Shown in pieces: positions 1-9,506 of a stretch of DNA of 64,000 nucleotides. A program made the translations under genes and the position numbers. Position 1 is the first letter of the stretch. Each line of letters starts with the position of its first letter. A model generated the notes under the pieces. It was not told the DNA's origin. It did no database searches and saw only the letters and a program-made list of their open reading frames with translations. The stretch is from Anaerolineae bacterium. GTDB taxonomy: Bacteria > Chloroflexota > Anaerolineae > B4-G1 > SLSP01. The stretch lies in contig JALXBP010000057.1 of assembly GCA_026991395.1 (NCBI GenBank), positions 733 to 64,732 of the forward strand, given 5' to 3'.

Positions 1-354
1 CAGGTGCGCAACTTCAACTTGGCGGTGGCCGAGGAAGGGCACGAGGTCATCTTCCTGCACAAGGTGCGCCCCGGCGGGGCGGATCGCTCCTACGGCATTC
101 ACGTCGCGCGGCTGGCGGGCATTCCCGCGCCGGTCATCCACCGCGCCGAGGCGTTGCTGGAGCAGTTGGAAAGCGGAGAGTTTCGTCCTGGGATGGAGGC
201 GCGGCAGGCGGAGCCATTCCAGCCGCTGCTCATTGCCCAGGAACATCCCCTGCTGGCGGAGATCCGCGCGCTGGATGTGAACGGGCTGACGCCGCTGGAG
301 GCGTTGACCAAGCTCTACGAGTGGCAGAAGCGGCTGAAGGAGGGGGGCGAATGA
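1..354 (+). CDS. mutS: DNA mismatch repair protein MutS, C-terminal fragment (5' end outside window)
   Basis: C-terminal MutS signature [21 protein letters not shown]. Frame is open from nt 1. Stop TGA at 352-354 overlaps the ruvB ATG. Confidence 0.8.
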   Translation, partial: QVRNFNLAVAEEGHEVIFLHKVRPGGADRSYGIHVARLAGIPAPVIHRAEALLEQLESGEFRPGMEARQAEPFQPLLIAQEHPLLAEIRALDVNGLTPLEALTKLYEWQKRLKEGGE

Positions 355-1376
355 CGCAACGAACCATCTCACCGCAGGCGGATGCGGAGGAGGTTATCCT
401 CGATCGCGCCCTGCGCCCGCAGCGGCTCGACGATCTCATCGGGCAGGAGCGGGTGAAGGAGAACCTGCGCATCCTCATCGAGGCGGCGCGACGGCGCGGG
501 GAGGCGCTGGAGCACACGCTCTTCTACGGCCCGCCGGGACTGGGGAAGACGACGCTGGCGCACATCATCGCGCACGAGATGGATTCGCCGATCCGCGTAA
601 CGGCAGGCCCGGCCATCGAGCGGGCGGGCGACCTGGCGGCTATCCTCAGCAACCTGCATCAGGGCGAGGTGCTCTTCATCGACGAGATTCACCGGCTGGG
701 CAAGGCGGTGGAGGAGATCCTCTACCCGGCGATGGAGGACTTCGCGCTCGACCTGGTCATCGGGCAGGGGCCGGGCGCGCGGACGGTGCGGCTCAATCTG
801 CCCCATTTCACCGTCGTGGGGGCGACGACGCGGCTGGCGCTCCTTTCCGCGCCCCTGCGCACCCGCTTCGGCGCGATCTACCGGCTCGATTTCTACGACC
901 AGGCGGCGCTGGAGACGATCGTCGAGCGGGCGGCACGCGCACTGAAGGTTCCGCTGGAGCCGGAGGGGCGGGCGGAGATCGCGCGGCGCGGACGGGGGAC
1001 GCCGCGCGTGGCGCTGCGCTTGCTGCGCCGCGTGCGCGATTACGCCCAGGTGCGCGGGGAGGGCGTCATCACCGGCGAGATGGCGGCGCAGGCCCTGGCG
1101 CTGCTGGAGATCGACGAACGCGGCCTCGACGACCTCGACCGCCGCGTGCTGCGGGCGATCATCGAGAAGTTCGGCGGCGGCCCGGTCGGTCTGGAGACGA
1201 TTGCGGCCTCCATCGGCGAAGCCGCCGATACGATTATGGATGTCGTCGAACCGTACCTGTTGCAACTGGGCTTCATCGACCGTACACCGCGTGGACGTAT
1301 GGCTACACCGTTAGCCTACGAGCACCTCGGTCTGTCCCGGGAGGGGGGCGAACAAGGGGTGCTCTTTCGTCCGTAG
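351..1376 (+). CDS. ruvB: Holliday junction branch migration DNA helicase RuvB
   Basis: Walker [22 protein letters not shown]; RuvB-wide similarity. GAAGGAGGGGGG RBS before ATG 351 (ATGA overlap with mutS stop). Confidence 0.93.
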   Translation: MTQRTISPQADAEEVILDRALRPQRLDDLIGQERVKENLRILIEAARRRGEALEHTLFYGPPGLGKTTLAHIIAHEMDSPIRVTAGPAIERAGDLAAILSNLHQGEVLFIDEIHRLGKAVEEILYPAMEDFALDLVIGQGPGARTVRLNLPHFTVVGATTRLALLSAPLRTRFGAIYRLDFYDQAALETIVERAARALKVPLEPEGRAEIARRGRGTPRVALRLLRRVRDYAQVRGEGVITGEMAAQALALLEIDERGLDDLDRRVLRAIIEKFGGGPVGLETIAASIGEAADTIMDVVEPYLLQLGFIDRTPRGRMATPLAYEHLGLSREGGEQGVLFRP

Positions 1377-1403
1377 AGCACGAGTGTTGAGGGGGGAACG
1401 ACT

Positions 1404-3101
1404 ATGGAGGCACCTTGGGGGGACGATGCCGTAGAGCGATACCGCCGGATGCGCGTGGTGGGCTTGATCTTTGCAGGTACGCTGGTAGCCAGCATCCTCG
1501 GCCTGATCTTCGTGACGTTCTACGAGGCTTTCTCGGCAGGACACAGTCTCTACACGACGTGGCGTGATGTCGCTCACAACCTCATCCGTGACCGATTGCC
1601 GCGCTTCCTTTTCGCCTTTGCGATCTTTTTGGCCCATCTTTTCACGCGCCCTCTGCGGCAATGGTATTTCCCGCCCCTCGAGGAGCCGTTGCCTCGCGAG
1701 CCAACTCCTACGGCCCAGCGCGAGGCACTCCGCTTGCCCCTCCTGATCGGCAGCGTTGTTTTCATCACCTGGAGCTTGCGCGGCATCATTCTCTTCCTGG
1801 ATTTGCAGGGCGAACAGGCGTGGCTTCGGCTGGTCAGTAACGTGATGGCCGGGGCCATTGCGGGGACGATTTCCCACTTTGCCGCAGAGGCGATATGGCA
1901 GCACGAGGTTCCTCTCTTTTTCCCGGAGGGACATCTCACCCTCCATCTGCGTCCGCGTTTCAGTATCCGCATACGGATGCTCTTCATCTTCGCCACGGGC
2001 ATCATCGCCATCATCTACCTGGGCGTTGTAACGTACTCCTGGGCACGTCGTATCCCCACGGCGACCGAGCCGCAGGCTATGGTGCATCGGCTGCTGCAGG
2101 TCGAGGTCCTGATCGTCGTTGCTGCTATCACGACCGCCGTCGTCCTTGCCGCCACGATGGGGGAGACCTTGGTCTACCGGCTGAAGCATGTCCAGGGAGG
2201 CTTGCGCCGTGTCCAGCGGGGTGAACTGGCCGTCCAACTCAAGATTCACGGCGATGACGAGATCAACGACCTGGCTGCCAGCTTCAACAAGATGATCCAG
2301 AGCCTGAGAGCGCAGGAGGAGACCCGGAAGCTGCTCAACTCCTACGTCTCGCCGGAGGTCGCCAACTACGCACTGCACCACGGGGCTGAGCAGGAAGGTG
2401 AGCTGACCGAGGCGACCATCCTCTTTTCCGACATTCGCAGCTTCACCAGCCTGGCCGAGGCGTTGACGCCCGCGCAGACGATGGCTTTGCTCAACCGCTA
2501 CTTCCAGGCGATGGAGGGCGCGGTGCGGGCCTACGGCGGCATCATCAACAAGTTCATCGGCGACAGCCTGATGGCCATCTTTGGAACGCCGATCAACCGG
2601 CTGCCCAATCACGCCGAATCGGCGGTGTGGGCGGCGGTGGAGTTGCTGCGCACGCTCCGCCTCTTCAACGAAGAGCAGGAAAGGCGCGGGGAGCCGACAC
2701 TGCGTGCCGGTGTGGGCATTGCCAGCGGTCTGGTCGTGGCGGGCAATGTCGGCGGCACGGAGCGCTTCGAGTACACGGTGATCGGCAACACGGTCAACGT
2801 AGCCAGCCGTCTGGAATCGCTCACCAAGACGATGGGGAAACCCATTCTCCTCTCGGCGGAGACGGCCAAGGCGGTGGCCGACGCGATCCCCCTGCGCCTG
2901 CTCGGCGAGGTACACGTTCGGGGGAAGCATGACCTGGTCACGGTATTCACCGTGGACCTGCCTATCTGCAAGGAGGCTTATCGTGACTCAAGCTCTCATC
3001 TTCTACACGGGGCGCGGGGACGACGGGACGACAACCCGCCTCGGCGGGCGGGAGCGCCTGCGCAAGGACTCGCTGCTGATGGAGGTGGTGGGAACGGTTG
3101 A
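1404..3101 (+). CDS. Membrane-bound class III adenylate/guanylate cyclase (multi-TM N-terminus, HAMP, cyclase homology domain)
   Basis: Several N-terminal hydrophobic helices and a HAMP-like segment (GDDEINDLAASFNKMIQSL). Cyclase motifs FSDIRSFTSLAE, FIGDSLMAIFG, GNTVNVASRLE. The last ~40 codons overlap pduO. Confidence 0.8.
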   Translation: MEAPWGDDAVERYRRMRVVGLIFAGTLVASILGLIFVTFYEAFSAGHSLYTTWRDVAHNLIRDRLPRFLFAFAIFLAHLFTRPLRQWYFPPLEEPLPREPTPTAQREALRLPLLIGSVVFITWSLRGIILFLDLQGEQAWLRLVSNVMAGAIAGTISHFAAEAIWQHEVPLFFPEGHLTLHLRPRFSIRIRMLFIFATGIIAIIYLGVVTYSWARRIPTATEPQAMVHRLLQVEVLIVVAAITTAVVLAATMGETLVYRLKHVQGGLRRVQRGELAVQLKIHGDDEINDLAASFNKMIQSLRAQEETRKLLNSYVSPEVANYALHHGAEQEGELTEATILFSDIRSFTSLAEALTPAQTMALLNRYFQAMEGAVRAYGGIINKFIGDSLMAIFGTPINRLPNHAESAVWAAVELLRTLRLFNEEQERRGEPTLRAGVGIASGLVVAGNVGGTERFEYTVIGNTVNVASRLESLTKTMGKPILLSAETAKAVADAIPLRLLGEVHVRGKHDLVTVFTVDLPICKEAYRDSSSHLLHGARGRRDDNPPRRAGAPAQGLAADGGGGNG

Positions 3102-3516
3102 CGAGGCCAGCGCCGCGATGGGTATGGTGCGGGCTTCGAGCGATGACGAGGCCCTCGATGCGCTCTTGCGTGCCGTCCAGGAGCGCCTCGTTCGCCTGAT
3201 GGCCCATCTTTCGGCGACGCCGGAGCAGCGCCGGAAGTACGCCGGTTTGACGGCAGACGATCTGGCCTGGCTGGAATCGGCGATCGCCGAGCATGGGAAG
3301 GGGTTGCCGCCGCTGCGGGAATTCGTTCTGCCCGGTAGCACGCCGTCGGAAGCGGCATGCCATCTGGCCCGTACTATCGTCCGCCGCGCCGAGCGCCGCC
3401 TGCTGGCACTGGCCGCCGAGGAGGAAGGTATCGGTGGGGCCAACGCCGCCTTCCTCAACCGGCTCTCCTCGCTCCTCTTCGTCCTTGCCCTGCGCGAGCG
3501 CGAACGGGCCTCGTGA
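2983..3516 (+). CDS. pduO: ATP:cob(I)alamin adenosyltransferase, PduO type
   Basis: IFYTGRGDDGTTTRLGG...EVVGTVDEASAAMG matches the PduO-type N-terminus. GTG start at 2983 with AGGAGG RBS at 2971-2976. Confidence 0.8.
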   Translation: MTQALIFYTGRGDDGTTTRLGGRERLRKDSLLMEVVGTVDEASAAMGMVRASSDDEALDALLRAVQERLVRLMAHLSATPEQRRKYAGLTADDLAWLESAIAEHGKGLPPLREFVLPGSTPSEAACHLARTIVRRAERRLLALAAEEEGIGGANAAFLNRLSSLLFVLALRERERAS

Positions 3517-3529
3517 CGCCTTGCTGCAA

Positions 3530-3565
3530 CAGAGGCTCCTCCGTGAGACGACGGGGGAGCCTCTG
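3530..3565. terminator. Bidirectional hairpin between convergent pduO and the protease gene
   Basis: cagaggctcc...(loop)...ggagcctctg forms a perfect 10-bp stem. Confidence 0.5.
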
Positions 3566-3578
3566 TCGTGAGCCGTAA

Positions 3579-4964
3579 CTACTGCGCCGTGAGCAGGTAA
3601 TCGTAGGTCACGTAGTCCACCAGCCCGCTGCGCATCAGGAAACGGGCGACGATCGCCTCCGTCCCCGCCTTGACGCGCATCAGCCAGCTACCGTCGGTGA
3701 GGGCCTTGAGCGGCGTCAGGCCGTAGGCGCGGGAGAGTGCGCCGACGTTAGGTACGCCGCTGCGCCACTTGACGATGAGGATGCCGCTGCGGTGCGCCTG
3801 CTCCGCTGGCACGTGTAGCACCTCGGCTGTGAGGGACTGGGCGATCATCGGCCTGGTGGAGGCTGCCGCAGGAGCCAGGGCGTGGCTTCTGCATTGTGGC
3901 GCGGCTCCCGCCGCCCCGCGGAAGACCGCCTCACGAGCGTCGATGCGCCCGCACCCGAAGCTGTTCGGATTGCCCAGATCGACGGCGCGGTCGAGGATGG
4001 CCGAGGCGACCTGATCGGGCGTGTACCCCGGATGACGCGCGTAGACCAGGGCGGCCAGGGCCGAAACGTAGGGCGTCGCCATCGAAGTGCCGCTCATCCA
4101 GCCGTAGGTGTGGTACGTCCCTCCCGAGACCCACAGCGTGCTGAGGATACTCGTCCCCGGTGCGCTGACGTCGATGACGCTGCCGTAGTTGCTGAAGTCG
4201 GCCAGATCGTCGTTCGCGTCGGTGGCGCTGACCGTGAGGACGTAGGGGCAGTTGGCCGGAATGACGGTCGCGGCATCCGTGGCATCGTTGCCCGCTGCGA
4301 CGACGACGAGGACGCCGTGATCGTAGGCATTTTCGAGTGCGTTGTAGAGCGAGGGGTAATGGCTGCAGGGCTCCATCCCCGGGCTCGATCCCAGGCTCAT
4401 ATTGATGACCTTGGCCCCGTCGGCGACGGCACGATCGATGGCCTCGACGATGTCGCTGAGGGATCCGTTGCCCGTGTCATCGAGGACTTTGTAGGGGACG
4501 ATGGTCGTTTCCCATCCCAGACCGGCGACGCCGATGGTGTTGTCCGTCGCCGCGGCGAGGATGCCGGCCACGTGCGTGCCGTGATTGGCATCGTCCATCG
4601 CGACCTCGTCATCGTTGACGAAGTCGTAGTCGATGTCGGTGCGCAGTTTGCCCGCCAGGTCGGGGTGGTCGAGGTCGGCGCCGGAATCGAGGACGGCAAC
4701 GAGGACGTTCGCGCCGCGGCTTACCGTCCAGGCGTAGGGCGCGCCGATCTTTTCCAGGGCCCACTGCTCACCGTACCGCGCATCGTTCGGATAGGTGGTC
4801 TGGGCGAAGTTGCGCATCACGAGGGGCACATAGAGGTGATAGTCCGCCGTAGCCGTGTGCGGCTCCGTCCCTCCGGCAGCGCTCAACGGTGCGGGGTGGA
4901 GGCCCGTCAGCACGAGCGAGCCGATCAGGACAACCCACAAAGTGATGATTCGTCTCTGTTTCAT
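3579..4964 (-). CDS. Secreted subtilisin-like serine protease (peptidase S8) with a C-terminal I9-like module
   Basis: Catalytic triad motifs VLDSGADLDHPDL, HGTHVAGILAA, GTSMATPYVSALAALV. N-terminal signal peptide MKQRRIITLWVVLIGSLVLTG. AAGGAGGAG RBS before ATG at 4964. Confidence 0.9.
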   Translation of the reverse strand: MKQRRIITLWVVLIGSLVLTGLHPAPLSAAGGTEPHTATADYHLYVPLVMRNFAQTTYPNDARYGEQWALEKIGAPYAWTVSRGANVLVAVLDSGADLDHPDLAGKLRTDIDYDFVNDDEVAMDDANHGTHVAGILAAATDNTIGVAGLGWETTIVPYKVLDDTGNGSLSDIVEAIDRAVADGAKVINMSLGSSPGMEPCSHYPSLYNALENAYDHGVLVVVAAGNDATDAATVIPANCPYVLTVSATDANDDLADFSNYGSVIDVSAPGTSILSTLWVSGGTYHTYGWMSGTSMATPYVSALAALVYARHPGYTPDQVASAILDRAVDLGNPNSFGCGRIDAREAVFRGAAGAAPQCRSHALAPAAASTRPMIAQSLTAEVLHVPAEQAHRSGILIVKWRSGVPNVGALSRAYGLTPLKALTDGSWLMRVKAGTEAIVARFLMRSGLVDYVTYDYLLTAQ

Positions 4965-5121
4965 CGATCTCCTCCTTGGCAACAGGCACTTCGATTATAG
5001 GTGATAACGGCCCGCGCTCGGCACAGATACGGTGAACGTTGCGTTACAAAGGATAAACGTCGGCCTGGCGGCCTCGGAGGAGGGGCGGTTGACACGGACG
5101 TCCTTTCGGCTATGCTGGAAC

Positions 5122-5136
5122 TGAAAATCTTTTTCA
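5122..5136. promoter_or_regulatory. Putative Zur box (AT-rich palindrome TGAAAATCTTTTTCA) just upstream of zur
   Basis: 15-nt 6-3-6 palindrome in an otherwise ~70% GC region, 11 nt before the zur ATG. Resembles actinobacterial Zur operators (TGAAAATGATTTTCA-like). Confidence 0.55.
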
Positions 5137-5146
5137 CTAAGGCGAG

Positions 5147-5608
5147 ATGGAGACGAAGGGCGCACGATTGGAAGAATGGAGCCAGCGCATTGCCGAGCAC
5201 GGCGGGCGGGTAACGCGCCCCCGCCGGGTGGTGATGCAGGTGCTGCTGGAGGCCGAGACCCCGCTTTCGCCTCAGGAGATCTGTACGCGGGCGCGTCGGC
5301 GCTATCCCTCGCTGGGACTGGTTACCGTCTACCGCACGCTGGATGTGCTGGAAACGCTGGCCGTCGTGCGGCGCGTCCATCGGGAGGATGGCTGCCACGC
5401 CTACCTGCCGGCGACGCCCGGTCATCACCATCTTCTGCTCTGTCGGCGCTGCGGGCGGGCGATGGAGTTTTCCGGCTGGGATGCGCTGGACGGTCTCATC
5501 GCCGAGCTGGAGGCCGCGACGGGGTATCGCGTGGAGGAACATTTGCTGCAACTCATCGGTCTCTGCCCGCGCTGCTACGCACAACTGAAGGAGGGAGAGA
5601 GAGGATGA
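5147..5608 (+). CDS. zur: Fur-family transcriptional regulator, probable zinc uptake regulator Zur
   Basis: Fur-family DNA-binding and metal-site motifs (HHH, CRRCG, CPRC). Heads a znu operon, hence the Zur call. Confidence 0.8.
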   Translation: METKGARLEEWSQRIAEHGGRVTRPRRVVMQVLLEAETPLSPQEICTRARRRYPSLGLVTVYRTLDVLETLAVVRRVHREDGCHAYLPATPGHHHLLLCRRCGRAMEFSGWDALDGLIAELEAATGYRVEEHLLQLIGLCPRCYAQLKEGERG

Positions 5609-6531
5609 GGGGACGATGGCTTGCCGCGCTGGGCTTTCTGCTCCTCGTGGGGATGGTGTCGGGCGGCTGCGTCGCGCCGCAGGCGGAGGAGGGCAAGCTG
5701 CGCGTCGTGGCCACGACGACGATCGTCGGGGATGTGGTGCGCCATATCGGCGGGGAAACCGTAGCTTTGACGGTGCTCTTGCCGCCGGGAGCCGATCCCC
5801 ACGCCTTCGAGGCGACGCCGCAGGATATGGCCCGCGTCGCCGAGGCCGATCTCCTCTTCGTCAACGGAGCCGGTCTGGAGACGTTCCTCGATCCGCTGCT
5901 GGAGAATGCCGGTGGCCACGCCGAGGTGATCGACCTCTCGCAGGGCGTGCCCCTGCGGGCCTTTCGGGAGAAGATCGCCGCCGGGGAGGCGGCGGAGGAG
6001 GCCCCGCCCGATCCGCACGTCTGGACCGACCCGAACAATGTGCTGATCTGGACGGAGACGATCGAGCAGGCGCTGAGCGACGCCGACCCGACGAACGCCG
6101 ACCGCTATCGGCACAATGCGGCTGCCTATCGCGGGCATCTGCATTCCCTCGATGCGTGGATTCGCGACGAGGTCGCCCAGGTGCCCCCGGAGCGGCGGTT
6201 GCTCGTGACCGACCACCTCTTCCTGGGCTACTTCGCCGACCGCTACGGCTTCGAGCAGATCGGGGCGGTCATTCCGGGCTACACGACGGTCTCCTCGCCC
6301 TCCGCGCAGGAACTGGCGACGCTGGAAGAGGCCATCCGACAGTACGGCGTCCCTGCGGTCTTCGTCGGGGCGACGGTCAACCCTGCCCTGGCGGAGCAGG
6401 TCGCACGGGACACGGGGGTGAAGCTGGTGCCGATCTACACCGGCTCGCTCACCGGCCCCGATGGTGATGCGCCGACCTACCTGGATTACATGCGCTACGA
6501 TGTGCAGGCCATCGTGGAGGCGCTGCGATGA
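5605..6531 (+). CDS. znuA: Metal (Zn/Mn) ABC transporter substrate-binding lipoprotein, ZnuA/TroA family
   Basis: Signal peptide and lipobox (LLLVGMVSGGC). TroA-like motifs VVATTTIVGDVV, DPHAFEATPQD, DPHVWTDP. ATGA overlap with the zur stop. The annotated 451-aa ORF is an upstream over-extension. Confidence 0.85.
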   Translation: MRGRWLAALGFLLLVGMVSGGCVAPQAEEGKLRVVATTTIVGDVVRHIGGETVALTVLLPPGADPHAFEATPQDMARVAEADLLFVNGAGLETFLDPLLENAGGHAEVIDLSQGVPLRAFREKIAAGEAAEEAPPDPHVWTDPNNVLIWTETIEQALSDADPTNADRYRHNAAAYRGHLHSLDAWIRDEVAQVPPERRLLVTDHLFLGYFADRYGFEQIGAVIPGYTTVSSPSAQELATLEEAIRQYGVPAVFVGATVNPALAEQVARDTGVKLVPIYTGSLTGPDGDAPTYLDYMRYDVQAIVEALR

Positions 6532-7379
6532 GGAGGGGGAAGCGGCGTCCGGCAGCCTTCTTCGGCGGCCCTCACGCGCTGCACCGTCCCGGGGCCGATG
6601 TGCTCTCGGTGCAGGGGGTTACGGTGCGATACGGCCCGCACCTGGCGCTGGAGGCGGTGAGTTTTACCGTGCGCCGCGGCGAGCAGATCGCCATCGTCGG
6701 CCCCAACGGGGCGGGGAAGAGCACACTGCTCAAGGTCATCGCGGGGGTGATCCCGCCCGATGAGGGCGTCGTGCAGGTTTACGGCGATGAGCCGGATCGC
6801 CACGTGTGCATCGCCTACGTCCCGCAGCGGAGCGCCGTCGATTGGCGTTTCCCCATCACCGTTTACGACGTGGTGATGATGGGGCGTCTGCGCAAGCACG
6901 GTCTCTTCCGTCCTCCTCGGCACGAGGACCGGCTGAAGGTGGAGGCGGCCCTGGCGACGGTCGATATGGTCTCGATGGCCCGGCGGCAGATCGGCCAGCT
7001 TTCCGGCGGGCAGCAGCAGCGGATGTTCATCGCCCGTGCGCTGGCGCAGGAGGCATCGCTGATGCTGATGGATGAGCCGCTGACGGGGCTGGACCTCCCC
7101 GCCCAGGAGCAGATTCTCCGCATCCTCGACGAACTGCGCAAGGCGGAGGTAACCGTCCTCCTCTCGACACACGATCTGGAGCAAGCCGCCGACCGCTTCG
7201 ATCGTCTGCTGTTGCTGCGCCGTCGCTTGATCGCCTTTGGTCGCGCGGAGGAGGTGCTGCGGCCCGATTTGCTGCTGGAAGCCTACGGCGGACGTCTGCG
7301 GCTGGTGCCGATGGCGGATCGCGTGCTGGCCGTGGCCGATAGTTGCTGTGGTCATGGCGAAACGGAGGTGGATCGATGA
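6528..7379 (+). CDS. znuC: Metal ABC transporter ATP-binding protein
   Basis: Walker A GPNGAGKST, ABC signature LSGGQQQR, Walker B LMLMDEP. Start overlaps the znuA stop. Confidence 0.88.
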   Translation: MRRGKRRPAAFFGGPHALHRPGADVLSVQGVTVRYGPHLALEAVSFTVRRGEQIAIVGPNGAGKSTLLKVIAGVIPPDEGVVQVYGDEPDRHVCIAYVPQRSAVDWRFPITVYDVVMMGRLRKHGLFRPPRHEDRLKVEAALATVDMVSMARRQIGQLSGGQQQRMFIARALAQEASLMLMDEPLTGLDLPAQEQILRILDELRKAEVTVLLSTHDLEQAADRFDRLLLLRRRLIAFGRAEEVLRPDLLLEAYGGRLRLVPMADRVLAVADSCCGHGETEVDR

Positions 7380-8242
7380 GTGCCTGGCTGCTCGAACCGC
7401 TGCGCTACGCCTTCATGCAACGCGGCTTCCTCGCCGCGCTGATGGTGGGCATCGTCTGCGCGGTGGTGGGGACCTACGTCGTCCTGCGGGGAATGGCCTT
7501 TTTCGGTGATGCGCTGGCCCATTCCATTCTGCCGGGGATCGCCGTGGGTTACCTCGTCGGCGGAGGGGATCGCGGTGTCCTGTTCTGGTGGAGCCTGGGG
7601 ACGGCGATCGTGGCGGCGTTGGGCATCGGCGCGCTCAGTCGCCGCACACAGGTGAAGGAGGATACGGCCATCGGCATCATCTTCGCCGGAGCCTTCGCCC
7701 TGGGGATTGCGCTCATCTCGACGGTGCGCAGTTACAGCGTCGATCTGGCGCACTTCCTCTTCGGCGATGTGCTGGGCGTCTCCCCTGCCGACCTGCGGCT
7801 GATGGCGCTCTTCGGTGCGGCGATCCTGTTCGTCGTTTTCTTCGCCTACGATGCCTTCCTCGTCGTCTCCTTCGATCCGGTCTTTGCCCGCACGCTCCGC
7901 CTGCCGGTCGGCTTCTTCGATTCCCTCCTGCTCATGCTGATCGCCGTGGCGATCGTCGTCTCGCTGCAGACGGTCGGCGTGGCGCTGATGGTGGCTATGC
8001 TCATCACGCCCGCGGCGACGGCCTACCTGCTCACCCGTCGCCTGCTGGCGATGATGGGGGTCGCGGCGCTGCTGGCCTCGCTGGCCGGTGTGATCGGCCT
8101 CTACCTTTCCTACTACTTCAGCGTCGCCTCCGGCGCGGCTATCGTCCTGGTGAGCACCTTCTTCTTCGGCCTGGCCGCGCTCTTCGCGCCGGAGCGGGGC
8201 TGGCTGGCCGCACGACGCCGTCGGCCTTCGGCACACACGTGA
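7376..8242 (+). CDS. znuB: Metal ABC transporter permease
   Basis: Polytopic membrane protein of the ZnuB/TroCD family (AFMQRGFLAALMVGIVCAVVGTYVVLRGMAFFGDALAH). ATGA overlap with the znuC stop. Confidence 0.85.
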   Translation: MSAWLLEPLRYAFMQRGFLAALMVGIVCAVVGTYVVLRGMAFFGDALAHSILPGIAVGYLVGGGDRGVLFWWSLGTAIVAALGIGALSRRTQVKEDTAIGIIFAGAFALGIALISTVRSYSVDLAHFLFGDVLGVSPADLRLMALFGAAILFVVFFAYDAFLVVSFDPVFARTLRLPVGFFDSLLLMLIAVAIVVSLQTVGVALMVAMLITPAATAYLLTRRLLAMMGVAALLASLAGVIGLYLSYYFSVASGAAIVLVSTFFFGLAALFAPERGWLAARRRRPSAHT

Positions 8243-8246
8243 GGAG

Positions 8247-8792
8247 GTGGAGATGCCCATCTACGAGTACTACTGTCCGCGGTGTGATGTACGCTTCAGC
8301 CATCTGGCGAGGCGCTACGATGAGCCTGCGCCCCCCTGTCCCCGTTGTGGATCGCGCGACGTGCGGCGGTTGATCTCGGCGGCGCACACGGTGCGTCCGG
8401 ATGCGGAAAGCCGCGCCGCCTTCGATGCGCAGGCGCGGGAGATCGATCGGCGCGGGGATGTGCAGGACGCGGCCCGCTATCTGGCGCAGGCAGGCTCGCT
8501 GCTCGACGAGGTCGCGCCCATCGAGCAGAAGGAGATCTTCCGTGAGATGGTCGAGCGGCGCGCGGCGGGGGCCGATGAGCGCGATCTGCAGGACCTGGTC
8601 GATGCCCTGCCGCTCCCTCCGCCGCCGGAGGGGATGGACGCATCGCAGCCGGAGGTCTATCTGGAGCGTTACCTGCGGGAAGGGCCGGTGCGCCACGAGG
8701 GTGAGAGCCCGCACGAGCATCACCACGAGGAGACGGGGGAGGAAAAGCGGCCAAAGTCGCCGCGAAAGGCCCCCCACATCGGCTGGGGGTGA
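8247..8792 (+). CDS. FmdB-family zinc-ribbon protein with an acidic, His-rich C-terminal tail
   Basis: N-terminal IYEYYCPRC...CPRCGS (CxxC-x17-CxxC) zinc ribbon. Tail HEGESPHEHHHEETGEE. Lies 4 nt after znuB on the same strand. Confidence 0.7.
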   Translation: MEMPIYEYYCPRCDVRFSHLARRYDEPAPPCPRCGSRDVRRLISAAHTVRPDAESRAAFDAQAREIDRRGDVQDAARYLAQAGSLLDEVAPIEQKEIFREMVERRAAGADERDLQDLVDALPLPPPPEGMDASQPEVYLERYLREGPVRHEGESPHEHHHEETGEEKRPKSPRKAPHIGWG

Positions 8793-8846
8793 TCCGTGGG
8801 GACAGGAGAGAGGGCGCGGCCACGACCGCGCCCTCGTGCTCTTCGC

Positions 8847-9506
8847 CTACGAGGTTTTGTCGGGGGGCCGCTTGGCGGCCTCTTTCTTCGCTGCCGCGGC
8901 TTTGGCCTTGGCCGCCTTGGCGGCGGCGGCCTTGCGCTTGCGCTCTTCCTTCAGGCGCTTTTCCTCCATCTCCCGCGCGTAGTCGGTGGGATGAATCTTG
9001 GCGTGGTAGGATTCCGGCTTCTTCAGCTCCTCGATGCCGACGAAGCCGGGGCGGGTGTAAGAGGCGTTCTCGTATTCGATGTCCATCTTGATGGAATCGA
9101 AGGGGCAGAACTCGGCGCACATGCCGCAGCCGATGCACAGTCCCTGGTCGATGTGGAAGGCGGCGGGGTAACTGAGCGGCTTGCCCGTTTCCGGGTCCTT
9201 TGCCCGCTCGATCCAGATGCACTGGACGGGGCAGGCCTGGGCGCAGATACCGCAGGCGGTGCATTTGAGCTTGCCCGTCTCCTCAATGTAGACGAGGAAG
9301 GGGTGGTTGCGGCTTCGTTCCGGCAGGGGAAGCCGTTCCTTGGGGTAGCGGACGGTGTAGATGCCGCGCCCCTCCACACCCTGCCGCTCCGGCAGATGCT
9401 CCGGCGTGTAGCGCTTGCCGAAGCCCATCTTCACATCGTCCACGTAGGTGAGCACGAAGTGGTAGAAGGCGATTCCCAGCGTCTTGAGCACACCGAACCC
9501 GTACAT
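8847..9506 (-). CDS. nuoI: NADH-quinone oxidoreductase subunit I (2x[4Fe-4S] ferredoxin) with a Lys/Ala-rich C-terminal tail
   Basis: CTACGICAQACP and CIGCGMCAEFCP cluster motifs. Start ATG overlaps the nuoCD TAA stop (TAATG). Unusual KAAAAKAAKAKAAAAKKEAAK tail. Confidence 0.88.
   Translation of the reverse strand: MYGFGVLKTLGIAFYHFVLTYVDDVKMGFGKRYTPEHLPERQGVEGRGIYTVRYPKERLPLPERSRNHPFLVYIEETGKLKCTACGICAQACPVQCIWIERAKDPETGKPLSYPAAFHIDQGLCIGCGMCAEFCPFDSIKMDIEYENASYTRPGFVGIEELKKPESYHAKIHPTDYAREMEEKRLKEERKRKAAAAKAAKAKAAAAKKEAAKRPPDKTS

Noticed and set aside
5176-6531. 451-aa ORF as the znuA product
   Set aside because: The N-terminal 143 residues are an out-of-context extension through the zur coding region. 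The real start is the ATG at 5605, with RBS, signal peptide and lipobox.
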